NCBI GenBank assembly: GCA_965243025.1 | Contig: CBDETY010000003.1 | Location: 3,040,001 to 3,104,000 of the forward strand | DNA from: Candidatus Latescibacterota bacterium | GTDB lineage: Bacteria > Latescibacterota > UBA2968 > UBA8231 | Reading direction: 5' to 3' | Length of the DNA: 64,000 bases | Shown here: positions 12,547 through 23,033 of the stretch, one piece after another | Position numbering within the stretch: the stretch's first letter is position 1 | Layout of the letters: each line of letters starts with the position of its first letter | Position numbers and translations under genes: made by a program | Notes under the pieces: generated by a model | Database searches by the model: none | The model's input: only the letters and a program-made list of their open reading frames with translations | Told to the model about the DNA's origin: nothing

Positions 12547-14958
12547 ATGCTGCGCAACTACCTCCTGATTACCCTGCGCAACCTCCGCCGGCAGAAACTG
12601 TATGCAACGGTCAATACAGCGGGCCTGGCAATCGGCATGGCGGGTTTCGCGCTCATCCTGTTCTTCGTCCGCCACGAATTCGGCTACGACCGGTTTCACC
12701 ACGGAGCGGAGCGCATTTTCCGCGTCGTCGTGGAGATGCGCTCGGAAAGTTTTGACGGAAAGGCACCGATCGCCCCAGCCGCCCTGGCGGCCGCCCTTCG
12801 CGAGCAGGTCCCCGAGGTTGAAGCGGTCAGCCGGGTGTGGCAACCCTTGTTCGTGGGGGGAGTCAAGCCGGTAGTGCGGGTCGGCAACGACGTCTATTTC
12901 GATGATCGATTCTTCTGGGCGGACCCGGAGCTATTCGACGTGTTGAGTTTCGAGTTCGTGCACGGCGACCCCAGGACGGCGCTTGCCGACCCCAAGGCGG
13001 TCGTGCTCTCGGAGAGCACTGCAGAGCGGTATTTCGGCGACCTGGACCCCATAGGCCGGCCGCTCAACGAGGGAGAGCATGTGGTTCGCGCCGTCGTGCG
13101 CGATTTCCCGACCAATTCCCACCTCAGGTTCGACCTGCTGGCCGCCGCTTCAGGGACTGGTGTGGACCAGTTCCCTCTGGAAAAGAGATGGTACGACCAC
13201 AGCTATCCGACCTACTTGCGTGTCAGAATGGGAGCTGACGGGGAACGGATTGTCGAGCAGATGAACGCCATCGTTCAAGGACAGATGGGTGAGCTTTACA
13301 GGCAGATGAACCATGACGTCAGCTACGGATTGCAGCCCATCGTCGACGTGCACCTGCATTCCGATTTTTACGCCAACATCGGCAGCACGAGCGGCGACAT
13401 AGCCCATATCTACGCTTACAGCGCGGTTGCCGTGTTCCTGTTGCTTCTGGCGATCATCAATTTCACCAATCTCGCGACAGCACAATCCTCGGAGCGCGTG
13501 CTGGAGGTTGGCGTGCGCAAAGCGGTGGGAGCATACCGCGGCCAGCTCGTCCGTCAGTTCATCGGGGAAGCGATCATTCTGAGCTTCGCTTCGCTGGGTG
13601 TTGCGCTGTTCATCATGAAGATGGTGACGCCGTGGTTCAACGAGCTGACGGGAATGAAACTTGCGCTGAACCTGCCGGAGAACCCGCAGATTCTGTTGGC
13701 GATGTCCGGAATGGCGCTCGTTACGGGGCTCTGCGCCGGCTTCTACCCCGCCCTGCAGATGTCCGCCTTCACCCCGGTCCGGGCACTCAAGCGGATGATC
13801 GACCGGTCCGGCCGGTCGGTCGGACTGCGAAGCATCCTCGTAGTGACTCAGTTCACCGTTTCCATCGGCTTGCTGGCGGCGACCCTCATCGTCGGCGAGC
13901 AGCTCGCCTTCCTGCGCTCGAAATCCCTCGGTTTCGACAAGGACCACCTGATCGTCTTCACCACCCGTTCAGATGCAATCCGGCGGCAGTTCGAGCCTGT
14001 GCGCCAGGACCTCCTGGCGAGCCCACTCGTCACGGCCGTCGGACGCTGTTCGCAGGAACCGGGCTACGTGATCAACAAGTCCGACCTCAAAACGACGGGG
14101 CCGGATTCGGAGACGTTGCAGGTCACGATGCTCTGGGTGGACTACGACTTCGTCGATGCCATGGGCATGCGGGTGCTCGAAGGCCGTTCCTTCTCCAGAG
14201 ATCACGCCGACGACCCGAAGCACGCTTTACTGGCCAACGAATCGATGGCCCGTCTTCTCGGCCCTGAGTCCGCAGTCGGGGCCCGACTGGAAAGTCAAGG
14301 TGATGCAGGTGCGGCGACGGTCGTCGGGGTCGTAGCCGACTTCCACTTCGGTTCCCTGCACCAACCGATCGAGCCCCTGGTGATCGCCATGCCGGAAAAC
14401 GCAGTGAACGGCAGCTTCAGCCCTGCCTATGCGGTATTGCGCCTGGCCCCGGGAAACCCGCGACAGGGGATTGAGTTCATCCGTAAGACCCTGCGATCGC
14501 ACAACGATCCCTTCCCCTTCGACTACCACTTCGTCGACGAGCGGCTCGACGCCCTGTATGACTCGGAGGAACGCCTGGGCCGCATCTTCGCCGTTTTCTC
14601 CGGACTCGCCGTGTTCCTCGCCTGCCTGGGCCTCTTCGGTCTGACGGCTTTCACGGTGCAGAAGCGCACCAGGGAGATAGGCATCCGCAAGGTGTTGGGT
14701 GCGACCAGCCTGTCCGTGGTCGTTCTGCTTTCGAGAGATTTCACCCGCCTGATCCTGCTGGCCAACCTGATTGCATGGCCCATCGTCTTCTTTGCCGCCG
14801 ACCGCTGGCTGCAGGGTTTTGCCTATCGCATCGATCCGGGATTGGGGTTGTTCGTTGCAGGTGGTCTCGTGGCGCTTGCGACCGCCTGGCTCACCGCCTC
14901 GTATCACACGCTCAGAGCAGCGCAAGCCAATCCGGTGAATGCCCTTCGTTCCGAGTAA
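12547..14958 (+). CDS. MacB/FtsX ABC permease
   Basis: [13 protein letters not shown] start, two FtsX motifs, NPVNALRSE end. Confidence 0.93.
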   Translation: MLRNYLLITLRNLRRQKLYATVNTAGLAIGMAGFALILFFVRHEFGYDRFHHGAERIFRVVVEMRSESFDGKAPIAPAALAAALREQVPEVEAVSRVWQPLFVGGVKPVVRVGNDVYFDDRFFWADPELFDVLSFEFVHGDPRTALADPKAVVLSESTAERYFGDLDPIGRPLNEGEHVVRAVVRDFPTNSHLRFDLLAAASGTGVDQFPLEKRWYDHSYPTYLRVRMGADGERIVEQMNAIVQGQMGELYRQMNHDVSYGLQPIVDVHLHSDFYANIGSTSGDIAHIYAYSAVAVFLLLLAIINFTNLATAQSSERVLEVGVRKAVGAYRGQLVRQFIGEAIILSFASLGVALFIMKMVTPWFNELTGMKLALNLPENPQILLAMSGMALVTGLCAGFYPALQMSAFTPVRALKRMIDRSGRSVGLRSILVVTQFTVSIGLLAATLIVGEQLAFLRSKSLGFDKDHLIVFTTRSDAIRRQFEPVRQDLLASPLVTAVGRCSQEPGYVINKSDLKTTGPDSETLQVTMLWVDYDFVDAMGMRVLEGRSFSRDHADDPKHALLANESMARLLGPESAVGARLESQGDAGAATVVGVVADFHFGSLHQPIEPLVIAMPENAVNGSFSPAYAVLRLAPGNPRQGIEFIRKTLRSHNDPFPFDYHFVDERLDALYDSEERLGRIFAVFSGLAVFLACLGLFGLTAFTVQKRTREIGIRKVLGATSLSVVVLLSRDFTRLILLANLIAWPIVFFAADRWLQGFAYRIDPGLGLFVAGGLVALATAWLTASYHTLRAAQANPVNALRSE

Positions 14959-14981
14959 TTCTTCAGGCAAAGGAGATAGCC

Positions 14982-17354
14982 ATGCTCATCAACTACCTGA
15001 ACATCGCCGTCCGCCACCTGAACCGGCACCGGCTCTACGCTCTGACCAACATCTGCGGTCTGGCCGTTGGAGTCGCCGGCTGCCTGCTGATGGCGGCCTG
15101 GGTCCTCGGCCAACTCCGGACCGACCGGTTTCACGAGCACGGAGACCGCATTTACCGCATCTACACCCAAGGGGAAGGAACCGTCCGCCTTTCCGTTCCC
15201 GCCGCCCTGGGGGCCAGCCTCAAGGGCCAAGCTGACGTCGAAGGCGTGGTGCGCATGCTGAAAGTGGACAACCCGGTTCCGCTCGTCAGCCACGGAGACC
15301 GGCGTTTCTACGAGAGAGCCTTCTGGTTCGCCGACCCGGAAGTTCTGACGGTCTTCACTTTTCCCCTTGTGGCGGGCGACGCCGCCACCGCCCTCGGGGA
15401 ACCCTTCACCGTCCTCCTGACCGAGTCCGCGGCCCGCAGGCTGTTCGGCGACGCCGACCCCATGGGGCGGGTCATCCGCTTCAGGGACCACCTCGACCTG
15501 AGAGTGACCGGGATTCTGCGCGACCTGCCCGAACAATCACACCTGCGGTTCGAGTTCCTTGCCTCCTTCGCCACGGTAGAGCGCTGGCTGGGGTCAGCGG
15601 CCGTGAACGATTGGCGCCGCAACATGAACGCCACCTACATCCTTCTGCGTCCCGGCGTGGAAAAGGAGACCTTGAGCCCCATTTTCGACGGGCTCCGGGA
15701 AAAGCACCTCGGGTCCGAGGACAGCCGCCACTGGGAGCTGCAGCCCCTCCACCGGATACACCTCCATTCGCGGGGGGACCTGGGCATCACGGGAGGAGGA
15801 GACGTCCGCGAGGTGATCATCCTGGGGACGGTCGCCCTGCTGGTACTCCTCGTATCCTGCCTCAACTATGCCAACTTGGGAACCGCCCTAGCCTTGCGGC
15901 GGGTGCGCGAGATCGGACTGAGGCTGTCGATGGGGGCCGGCCGAAGCCAGCTCGCACGGCAGTTCCTGATCGAGTCGGCCCTTGTGACCGCATTGGCCTT
16001 CGCCGGCGCCCTGGCCCTGGCGGACACCCTGGCTCCACACTTGGCGCGACTGGGAGGGATGGAGATCGGCTTGGCCTGGTCCGATCCGATGATTCCGGTC
16101 CTGATGGCGTCGGTATTTCTGCTGGTCGTGGTCCTGTCGGGAGGCTACCCCGCCTTCCGCCTTTCCCGGATCGCACCGGTGCGGGCCCTGGAAGGCAGTG
16201 TTGCCGGCGGTGGCCGGAACGCCCGCCGAGCCATGGTGACGGCGCAGTTCATCGTCTCCGTGGGGTTGCTCTCCGCCACCGCGATTGCCTGGCAGCAGCT
16301 CAATTTCATCAAGAACACCGAACTCGGAATCGAGACCGAGCAGCTCCTTGTGGTGCCGATCCGCAACCCGCAGATGCGGAGCGACCAGCAGGCGGTCAAG
16401 GCGCGGTTGGGCGAGTTGCCGGAAATCACCTCGGTGAGCGCGGCAGCTCTGTTGCCGGCAGGGCCCCTGGGAAGGAGCACCCTCCTGCCGACTCGCCCCG
16501 GAGCGGATCCCGTGAGCGCCGACCTGCTGTGGGTCGACCCCGGGGTTGCGGAAACCCTCGGAATGAACCTTGTAGCGGGAGAGGGATTCACCGAGAGCAT
16601 GGAGCCGCGCAACGGTTATTTCATCCTCTCCATGGCCGCGGTGCGGGCCCTGGGGTGGGAGTCCGCTGATTCGGCGATTGGCCGAACCTTGGAGCTCGAA
16701 CAGGCCGGGGGAACGGGCGTTTCACCCAGGGGCACCATCACCGGAGTGATCGAGGATTTTCACTCCGGGACACTGCGGCGCGGTATCCAACCGGTCGTCA
16801 TGCAGTTGTGGCCATGGCACAACTACCTGCTCGTTCGCTTCCGCCTCCATTCCCTGCAGCAGGTGGTGCACCAGGTAAAGGCCTTGATGGCCGAACTCGA
16901 TCCCGTCCATCCCTTCGAGTACTCCCTCCTCGACGACCGCTTCGCCGCTTTGTACCGGAAGGATGAAAGATTGGGGTCGCTGTTCGCGGGCTTCGGCGGT
17001 CTGTCCCTTCTCATCGCCTGGGTAGGGATGTTCGGTCTCGCTTCCCTCGCCGCGGAGCGTCGGCGCATGGAGTTCGGGGTGCGCAGGGTACTGGGCGCTA
17101 CCGGTGCGGAGATCGGCCGGCTCCTCGCCGGAGACCTTACCCGCCTTGTGCTAGCGGCAGGGTTCCTCGCCTGCCCGATCGCCTACTTTGGCATGGGTGC
17201 GTGGATGGAGCAGTTCAGCGAGCGCGCCGAAGTCGGTGCCGGTCCGTTCCTCGCGGCAGTTGCGGCCGCGTTGGTCGCCGCTTGGGTAAGCGTCGGTTAC
17301 CATGCCGTCAGGACGAGCCGGATCGATCCAGTAGAAGCTCTGCGCTGTGAGTAA
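14982..17354 (+). CDS. MacB/FtsX ABC permease
   Basis: AGGAG RBS before ATG 14982 (MLINYLNIAVRHL); two FtsX motifs; DPVEALRCE end. Confidence 0.92.
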   Translation: MLINYLNIAVRHLNRHRLYALTNICGLAVGVAGCLLMAAWVLGQLRTDRFHEHGDRIYRIYTQGEGTVRLSVPAALGASLKGQADVEGVVRMLKVDNPVPLVSHGDRRFYERAFWFADPEVLTVFTFPLVAGDAATALGEPFTVLLTESAARRLFGDADPMGRVIRFRDHLDLRVTGILRDLPEQSHLRFEFLASFATVERWLGSAAVNDWRRNMNATYILLRPGVEKETLSPIFDGLREKHLGSEDSRHWELQPLHRIHLHSRGDLGITGGGDVREVIILGTVALLVLLVSCLNYANLGTALALRRVREIGLRLSMGAGRSQLARQFLIESALVTALAFAGALALADTLAPHLARLGGMEIGLAWSDPMIPVLMASVFLLVVVLSGGYPAFRLSRIAPVRALEGSVAGGGRNARRAMVTAQFIVSVGLLSATAIAWQQLNFIKNTELGIETEQLLVVPIRNPQMRSDQQAVKARLGELPEITSVSAAALLPAGPLGRSTLLPTRPGADPVSADLLWVDPGVAETLGMNLVAGEGFTESMEPRNGYFILSMAAVRALGWESADSAIGRTLELEQAGGTGVSPRGTITGVIEDFHSGTLRRGIQPVVMQLWPWHNYLLVRFRLHSLQQVVHQVKALMAELDPVHPFEYSLLDDRFAALYRKDERLGSLFAGFGGLSLLIAWVGMFGLASLAAERRRMEFGVRRVLGATGAEIGRLLAGDLTRLVLAAGFLACPIAYFGMGAWMEQFSERAEVGAGPFLAAVAAALVAAWVSVGYHAVRTSRIDPVEALRCE

Positions 17355-17391
17355 CCAGACTCAATCACACCATAGACGTAGGAGATTGAAG

Positions 17392-18039
17392 ATGCTGCGA
17401 ATTAATCTGCTCGTTGCCCTCCGCACCCTGCTGCGGCACAAGAGAAAGTATCATCAACCTGTTCCGGGCTGAGCATCGGAGTCGCCTGCTGCACGCTGGT
17501 CTACCTGTACGTCGATCACGAGTTGCGCCACGACGCCGTTCAACGAGAAGGGTGAACGGATCTACAGGCTTCTGCTCGAAGACGGAGCGAAGGGATAACC
17601 GAAAAAATTATCTTTAAATGGAACAAGGTTTGTCGGCGGGGCACCGACGAAAAAACAGCCCACCCGGAAGAAACTTGGTGATGGAATCCCAAGGGGGATC
17701 ATTCCTTCCTCTGTCCCGGTGGCCTTCCGACCCCGGGTGCCAGTTTGTCCTGCTTCTGGTGTCATCCGCAAGGTCCTCGGGCAACCACCGGCAGCGTGTT
17801 GATGATGATGTTGCGCAAGTTCGGATGGCTCGTGGTGCCCCCGCCAACGCCATCGCTTGGCCCGTCGCATTCTTCGTCCTCACCGCTGGCTCGCCTTCTA
17901 CGCCTACCGCATCGATCAAAGCCCGGAATGGTTCGCGCCGGCCGGCGTCGGGGTCCTCGCAGTCGCCCTGGCCGCTGTCACCGGGCAGACCTGGCTGGCG
18001 GCGCGGACCAACCCGGCAGACGCTCTCAGGTACGAGTGG
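17392..18039 (+). pseudogene. Collapsed permease pseudogene (5' and 3' fragments only)
   Basis: 17392-17590 frameshifted MLRINLLVALRTLLRHK..IINL.GLSIGVACCTLVYLYVDHE; 17762-18039 frameshifted copy of the 3' end of 6846..9224 and 9316..11727. Confidence 0.85.
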
Positions 18040-18688
18040 TGCTCAGGATCATGATCTGGTATTCTTCAAAGAAGGGAGGCTTGCGAAAGCCTCCCGTTCC
18101 CATCTGATCTACTGGTGCCAGAAAAGCAGCGATGGGGGGCGGGAATCTTTCGTGGGATGGCAGCTTGTAGCCAACCGGTTCCTGAAAAACGAGGACGGCA
18201 TGGACTTGGAGAACACGGGGGCATCACTCGGTCATGGGACAATTCCTTCGGGTTTTGGAGCAAAGGGGGTTTGCCCCGATCTCACATGGGAAGACCTGCA
18301 CAGTTGTCATTCGGAGGACCGGAACTGTCAGGCTGAAGGGGGGAGATGAAACGGCAAGATTGCCCCGAACTCCCGTTACTCCTTCACATGGGAAGAAGTG
18401 GCGCAAGAATAGGCCCCTGAGGACGGGAAATCCGCAGCCTGCACGCGATTTCGTCCAGTCCTAACCAATTGCGGAACTTCCAGGAGCAGATGATTCAGAT
18501 AGATTTCCTGCTTCAGGAGCTGCATGGGCAAGGTCGGCTGGCACCGCTCTCATCGAGGGCGACGAAGCGAGCATTCGGAAGCTACTTGGCGAGTTGGCCG
18601 GGCAGGAGGGATCGTCAAATTAGGAACTCCCTATGTTCTCTTAAGGCGACATGAAGGACTTGATCGGTAAGGGCTCCTTGGCACAGGC

Positions 18689-19054
18689 GTGAGGTTCAGA
18701 GAATCAATGGTCGTCAACTCCGCGACAGTAATTCCGATTCAATTCCAAGGTCTTCGGATTTTTGACTATACTGCAGGAGGGAATACCAGTTCTTCACTTG
18801 CCAGAATCGTAGTTCCTCCTGGTGGGAGCCATCGGAAGGCGAAGTCGGAGCGTTCGGATAAATACTACTATGTTCTGCAAGGAGAAGTACTCTTCGAAGT
18901 AGAGGGGGATAATTATCGACTCGAAGACGCAGACTTTTGTCTCATAGAGCAAGGTAAGAGCTTTTCGTACGAGAATCAGACAGAAGAAGAGGCGATTTTG
19001 CTGCTCCTTCACACCCCAAGTTTCAACTTGGATTCAGAGACCTTTTTAGATTGA
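18689..19054 (+). CDS. Cupin-domain protein (cassette gene)
   Basis: PPGGSH...YYVLQGEVLFEV...GKSFSYEN cupin pattern. Confidence 0.8.
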   Translation: MRFRESMVVNSATVIPIQFQGLRIFDYTAGGNTSSSLARIVVPPGGSHRKAKSERSDKYYYVLQGEVLFEVEGDNYRLEDADFCLIEQGKSFSYENQTEEEAILLLLHTPSFNLDSETFLD

Positions 19055-19095
19055 GCAAGTCTACGTTGAGGAACAAGAAGGGGGTGCAAAACGCG

Positions 19096-19168
19096 GCATA
19101 ACACGAACGGAAGGGGTTCCGGCGCCTTTTTGCCTCTGCAGGAAAAACGTGCCTGCGACAGGTTAGCA
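19096..19168 (+). repeat. Degenerate attC-like site
   Basis: GCATAAC...GTTAGCA after the cupin gene; end arm reads GTTATGCCGC-GT in reverse complement (position-11 G rule). Confidence 0.5.
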
Positions 19169-19197
19169 GCCCGGGGGACCGTTATAGGAAATGCCAA

Positions 19198-20286
19198 CTA
19201 GTGTTGTGTCGCAGAGATTCGCTCACAAAGTCTCTTGATTTTCGCGAGGATGGAATCGGCCGTAGCCGTCCAGACGAAAGGGCGTGCGTTGGCGTTCCAT
19301 TTGGCGGTGTAGCGTTCGATCCGCTCGATGAGCTCTGATACCTTACGGAACGAGTCCCGGCGAAGAGCTTGGCGGGTAATGACGCTGAACCAGATCTCGA
19401 CTTGGTTGAGCCACGAAGCATACGTGGGGGTGTAGTGAACGTGAAATCGAGGACGCCGTGCCAGCCATCGCTTGACCTTGGCATGCTTATGCGTGGCTTA
19501 GTTGTCGACGACCAGATGAATATCGAGGTCAGCCGGGACGTTGGCTTCAATGTGGCGCAGGAACTGGAGGAACTCCTGGTGACGATGACGAGACTTGCAC
19601 TGGGTCATCACGGCGCCGGTGGCGATGTCCAGTGCGGCGAACAGGGTGGTGGTGCCATGCCGCTTGTAGTCGTGCGTTACCCCTTCCACGTATCCCAGTC
19701 CCAGGGGCAGCATGGGCTGACTTCGTTCCAACGCCTGGATCTGGCTCTTCTCGTCCACGCGCAGCACCATGGCGTGCTCGGGGGGATTCAGGTATAAGCC
19801 GACGATATCCCGTACTTTGTCGACAAAGAAAGGATCGGTGGAAAGCTTGAAGTGCTTGTGTCGGTGGGGCTGCAAACCATACGTGCGCCAAATGCGATGA
19901 ACGCCATCCTTGGTCAGGCCGGTTTCCTCGCCCATGGAGCGCAGCGACCACTGGGTTTGGTCTTTGGGCTGGGTCTTCAGGGTCTTGTATACCACCTCGG
20001 CTACCTGCTCGTCCGTGATCGATCGCGGCGCCCCTGAGCGCAGCTCATCATACAAGCCTTGGAGCCCGTTTTCGAGAAAGCGCCGGCGCCACTTGCCGAC
20101 CGTAGCACGCGTCACACCCACCGCGGCCGCGACGGCTTCATTGGGCCAGCCTTCGGCGGCCAGCAGTATAATCTCGGCTCGCCGCACCAACCCGTGGGGA
20201 AGGCTCCGTGATTTGGCCATCGATTCCAATCGTTCCCGGTCCGACGGACTCAGCTCTAACGGCGTTAATGGACGCCCCGTCACCAT
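19198..20286 (-). pseudogene. IS630 transposase with in-frame stop
   Basis: HTH plus DEKSQIQAL...VVDN, then TAA at 19498; same frame continues ATHKH...ASWLNQVEIWF to TAG at 19198. Confidence 0.88.
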
Positions 20287-20368
20287 AGGTCTCTCCTTTC
20301 AGAAAAGGGGATAAGAGAAACCTACGGCACCTTCAATTGTTTGTACAGTTATTTAGACGACAGGGCAC
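19201..20368 (-). mobile_element. IS630-family element
   Basis: Imperfect terminal IRs (GTGTTGTGTCG / GTGCCCTGTCG); duplicated TA in a CTAG target (19199-19200, 20369-20370). Confidence 0.9.
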
Positions 20369-20424
20369 TAGAGGGATTGTGCGGAATGACTTGGGATTCA
20401 GGAAGGCTGCGGAGGCGGACGGTG

Positions 20425-20500
20425 ACATCGCAGCCCCGCGGGCGCCTTGGCCTTTGGCAACTAGCGGGACGGGTTCGCACACTGAGTAAAAACGTTATAA
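20425..20500 (+). repeat. attC-like site (same family, opposite orientation)
   Basis: GCGCCTTGGCCTTTGGCAAC...CGGGTTCGC...AACGTTATAA is the reverse complement of the minus-array consensus. Confidence 0.7.
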
Positions 20501-20549
20501 GGGAATGCTAGCCAAGAGACTTGGGCTGTTCATATGGAGGTACTGAGAT

Positions 20550-21269
20550 ATGGGTTTGCCGAACATGGTTGTGATTGGATTTGGGCGGATGGGCCGCAAG
20601 TTTGCGGAGATCTTCTCTGAGCGTTTCCAAGTGCATGTGATTTCCTCCCGAAATGTATCAGACACGGTAGCTGAAATTGGCTGCGATCAAGCAAATAGTT
20701 TTTCGCAGGCGGTCTCTGATGCGGAGTACCTATTTCTCGCTGTGCCAATCCATGCCTTGGACGAAGTTATCGAACAGGTCAATTCGTACGTTCGGCCGGA
20801 TGCGGTCGCATTTGATATGTGCTCAGCACGCGTCGTGGCTGGCAAAAAGATGGACAAACTATGTTGCAACTGGTTCGGGATACATGCGGGAGGTGTATTT
20901 GGCGATGCGGATTCCAGGATCATTGAGTTCCTTGCGGAGAAGGGATATCGATATCGGCCGATGAGGGCGGATGAACACGACAGAAGAAATGTCATCAATG
21001 CACTCGCCCATTTCATCGGCATGACCTTGGACGATTTCCTGTCAGAAAAGGAAAAGGAGGCATTTGGACCAGCGGGCCGGAATCTGGTCGACCTAATTGA
21101 CCATTTGCGCGCCAACGCGCCTGTTACGTATTGGGAGAGTCAGGTCTGCAATCCCTACGCCAGTGAACAAAGAGCCAAACTCGTTGGTGCTTTCGAGGAA
21201 TACTCGGTCCGACTTTCACGCGGAGATTTTCCTTTCTTTCCGAGTCTATCCGGGATGTCTTGGGAATAG
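20550..21269 (+). CDS. Prephenate dehydrogenase-like Rossmann oxidoreductase (cassette gene)
   Basis: VIGFGRMG, LFLAVP, DMCS, ADEHD motifs. Confidence 0.7.
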   Translation: MGLPNMVVIGFGRMGRKFAEIFSERFQVHVISSRNVSDTVAEIGCDQANSFSQAVSDAEYLFLAVPIHALDEVIEQVNSYVRPDAVAFDMCSARVVAGKKMDKLCCNWFGIHAGGVFGDADSRIIEFLAEKGYRYRPMRADEHDRRNVINALAHFIGMTLDDFLSEKEKEAFGPAGRNLVDLIDHLRANAPVTYWESQVCNPYASEQRAKLVGAFEEYSVRLSRGDFPFFPSLSGMSWE

Positions 21270-21292
21270 TCCGAAAAAGTGAGGCGGCAATC

Positions 21293-21383
21293 CTATAACA
21301 GGACGAGTCGCGCCGTTGCGTCGATTGGCGCCTCGGCCCTCAGGATACTGCCGTGCAGGTCCACAACCCCTGAAACCTTAAGT
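21293..21383 (+). repeat. Degenerate attC-like site
   Basis: CTATAAC...GGCGCCTCGGCC...; right core decayed to CTT. Confidence 0.5.
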
Positions 21384-21451
21384 GAAATTGGGGCATGACG
21401 GAAGTATCCATGACCCAATCCATGACATTTGGGAGGAATCAAGTCATAGCG

Positions 21452-21539
21452 GGCAGCGTTTAGCGTTCGCGCGCCTTTTTGGCAGCTTTGTTTTTGGGCA
21501 ACCCGGAACGCGGGTTCGACAATCCGGGAATCGCTAGAC
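21452..21539 (+). repeat. Degenerate attC-like site
   Basis: Contains GGCAACCCG-GAACG-CGGGTTCG hairpin; right core GCTAGAC. Confidence 0.45.
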
Positions 21540-21568
21540 GACACCCAATTTGAAAGGTCATCTGATCG

Positions 21569-22195
21569 ATGCAGTTTTCCGATATCCTGATCGCTTCGTA
21601 TGAAAATCACGCGTTGGAACGTGAATCGAGTACTTCCAATTCATTCAAGGAGCTAGAAAGGCACGAGTTCCAAAAGTATCTGAAAATCGAGAGACGAAGC
21701 ACTATCCTTGAGCTTGGTTGTGGACCTGGTCACGATGCACGTTCCTTTATGGAACAGGGCTTCCAAATTCTTGCTGTCGACATTGCTCCGAGGATGGTCA
21801 AATTGGCGAAACAAAAAGGGGTCAACGCCAGAATTTTGGATTGCTATGATCTCGATCAGATGGTCGAAACATTTGACGCCATTTATTCGATGAATTGCCT
21901 TCTTCACATACCGAATAATGATATACTTCACATACTCGACTTGATCTCGGCTCGCCTCAATGAAGGCGGCTTTTTGTATCTCGGTTTATGGGGAGGCGAA
22001 GACTTTGAGGGAATCTGGGAGGAGGATCGATTTGAGCCGAAACGGTTTTTCTCTTTTCGGAAGACAGAGACTCTTTTGGAGCTCGTACATCAGTCATTTG
22101 AAGTCCAGTATTATCGAAAAATAGAGGCTCGGAAGGGTATGTTCTTCAATTCACTGATTAGCCGCAAGCGTTATCCCGAAGTGGGCGTTCTTTAA
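21569..22195 (+). CDS. Class I SAM-dependent methyltransferase (cassette gene)
   Basis: ILELGCGPG, AVDI, FDAIYSMNCLLH; stop overlaps TTTAAC site arm. Confidence 0.88.
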   Translation: MQFSDILIASYENHALERESSTSNSFKELERHEFQKYLKIERRSTILELGCGPGHDARSFMEQGFQILAVDIAPRMVKLAKQKGVNARILDCYDLDQMVETFDAIYSMNCLLHIPNNDILHILDLISARLNEGGFLYLGLWGGEDFEGIWEEDRFEPKRFFSFRKTETLLELVHQSFEVQYYRKIEARKGMFFNSLISRKRYPEVGVL

Positions 22196-22644
22196 CCTGT
22201 TTCTGGGGCGAAGGCTCAATCAGGTTATCGGTACGGAACCGCAGCCGGAAACCAGTGCCGCGGCTAGGAAAGGTGAAGATAACAGGATATCCAAGAGCTG
22301 AAGATCGGGAAGGGATCTGAGCGCAGGGGCGGTGTTGACCGATCCGAAGTGATTGGTCCGAGGAACTGGAAGCCTAGCTTCTCCCGCTCAATCCGGACAG
22401 CACCATCGAAGAAATTGCTGAGGAAATCAACAAGCGCAGACTTCTGGGAAAGTTCTTGGAGATAGCGGAGAAAAGACCCAGACCAGTGGGAGTGAGCCCA
22501 CAAACTGAAGGAACAGCTACCGGACAGCAATCATCACCATCGAGGAGATCGCGAAGATCCGCCGCAGGCTTCACAAAAGGGCGCGTATTGAGCGCGACAG
22601 GGAGGACAGCGGTAGGGGCAGAAGGACAGCCGCCACTCAGGGGG

Positions 22645-22776
22645 CCAAGGTCTCGCACGTGACCATCGCCAAGGTCCTGGACCGGCATATGGTCACCTAC
22701 CAGCGGACCCGCACCTCGAAGTAGTCGAAGGATCTGGATTTCTCTTCAAAAAAAACGCATCAACCGCCTCTACCGG
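22645..22776 (+). mobile_element. IS630 internal fragment
   Basis: Closely matches the reverse complement of ~26427-26560, including the A8 slippery run; carries a stop. Confidence 0.85.
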
Positions 22777-22791
22777 GGGGCGTGCCCGATG

Positions 22792-22854
22792 CAGATTGCT
22801 TGACTGGTCAGCAGGAATCCTGTGATATTGCCAGCCACCCGACATTCCCGATTT
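22792..22854 (+). repeat. Dispersed ~60-bp repeat, copy 1 (promoter-like)
   Basis: CAGATTGC.TG...ATCCTGTGA..TTGCCAGCCA.CCGACAT.CCCGATTT also at 36290-36351; TTGACT-N18-GATATT in this copy. Confidence 0.6.
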
Positions 22855-22928
22855 TCCAGCCCTTCGCGAAACAGCGCTATCGTTTCATATGCCTTGTTTT
22901 GAACATTTCACATGCTCGAAGGTCCTTC

Positions 22929-23022
22929 ACGTAACGTCTCACCGATTGCCGAACTCGCCGAAGACGATCCCAAAGGCCAAAGGTCGGCGCCGCCAGCCGT
23001 AGCGGAAAACGAGTTGTAATGG
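22929..23022 (-). repeat. attC-like site (one core decayed to GTA)
   Basis: Aligns along its length with 31311-31406. Confidence 0.75.
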
Positions 23023-23033
23023 GACGTGCAGAT

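Larger units (their letters stand above)
18640..22270 (+). mobile_element. Decayed plus-strand gene-cassette array
   Basis: Three small lower-GC ORFs separated by degenerate reverse complements of the minus-array site family. Confidence 0.65.

Noticed and set aside
22270-22640. Possible decayed cassette gene after the 22190 site
   Set aside because: Coding-like fragments only, with several frameshifts and no recognisable family.
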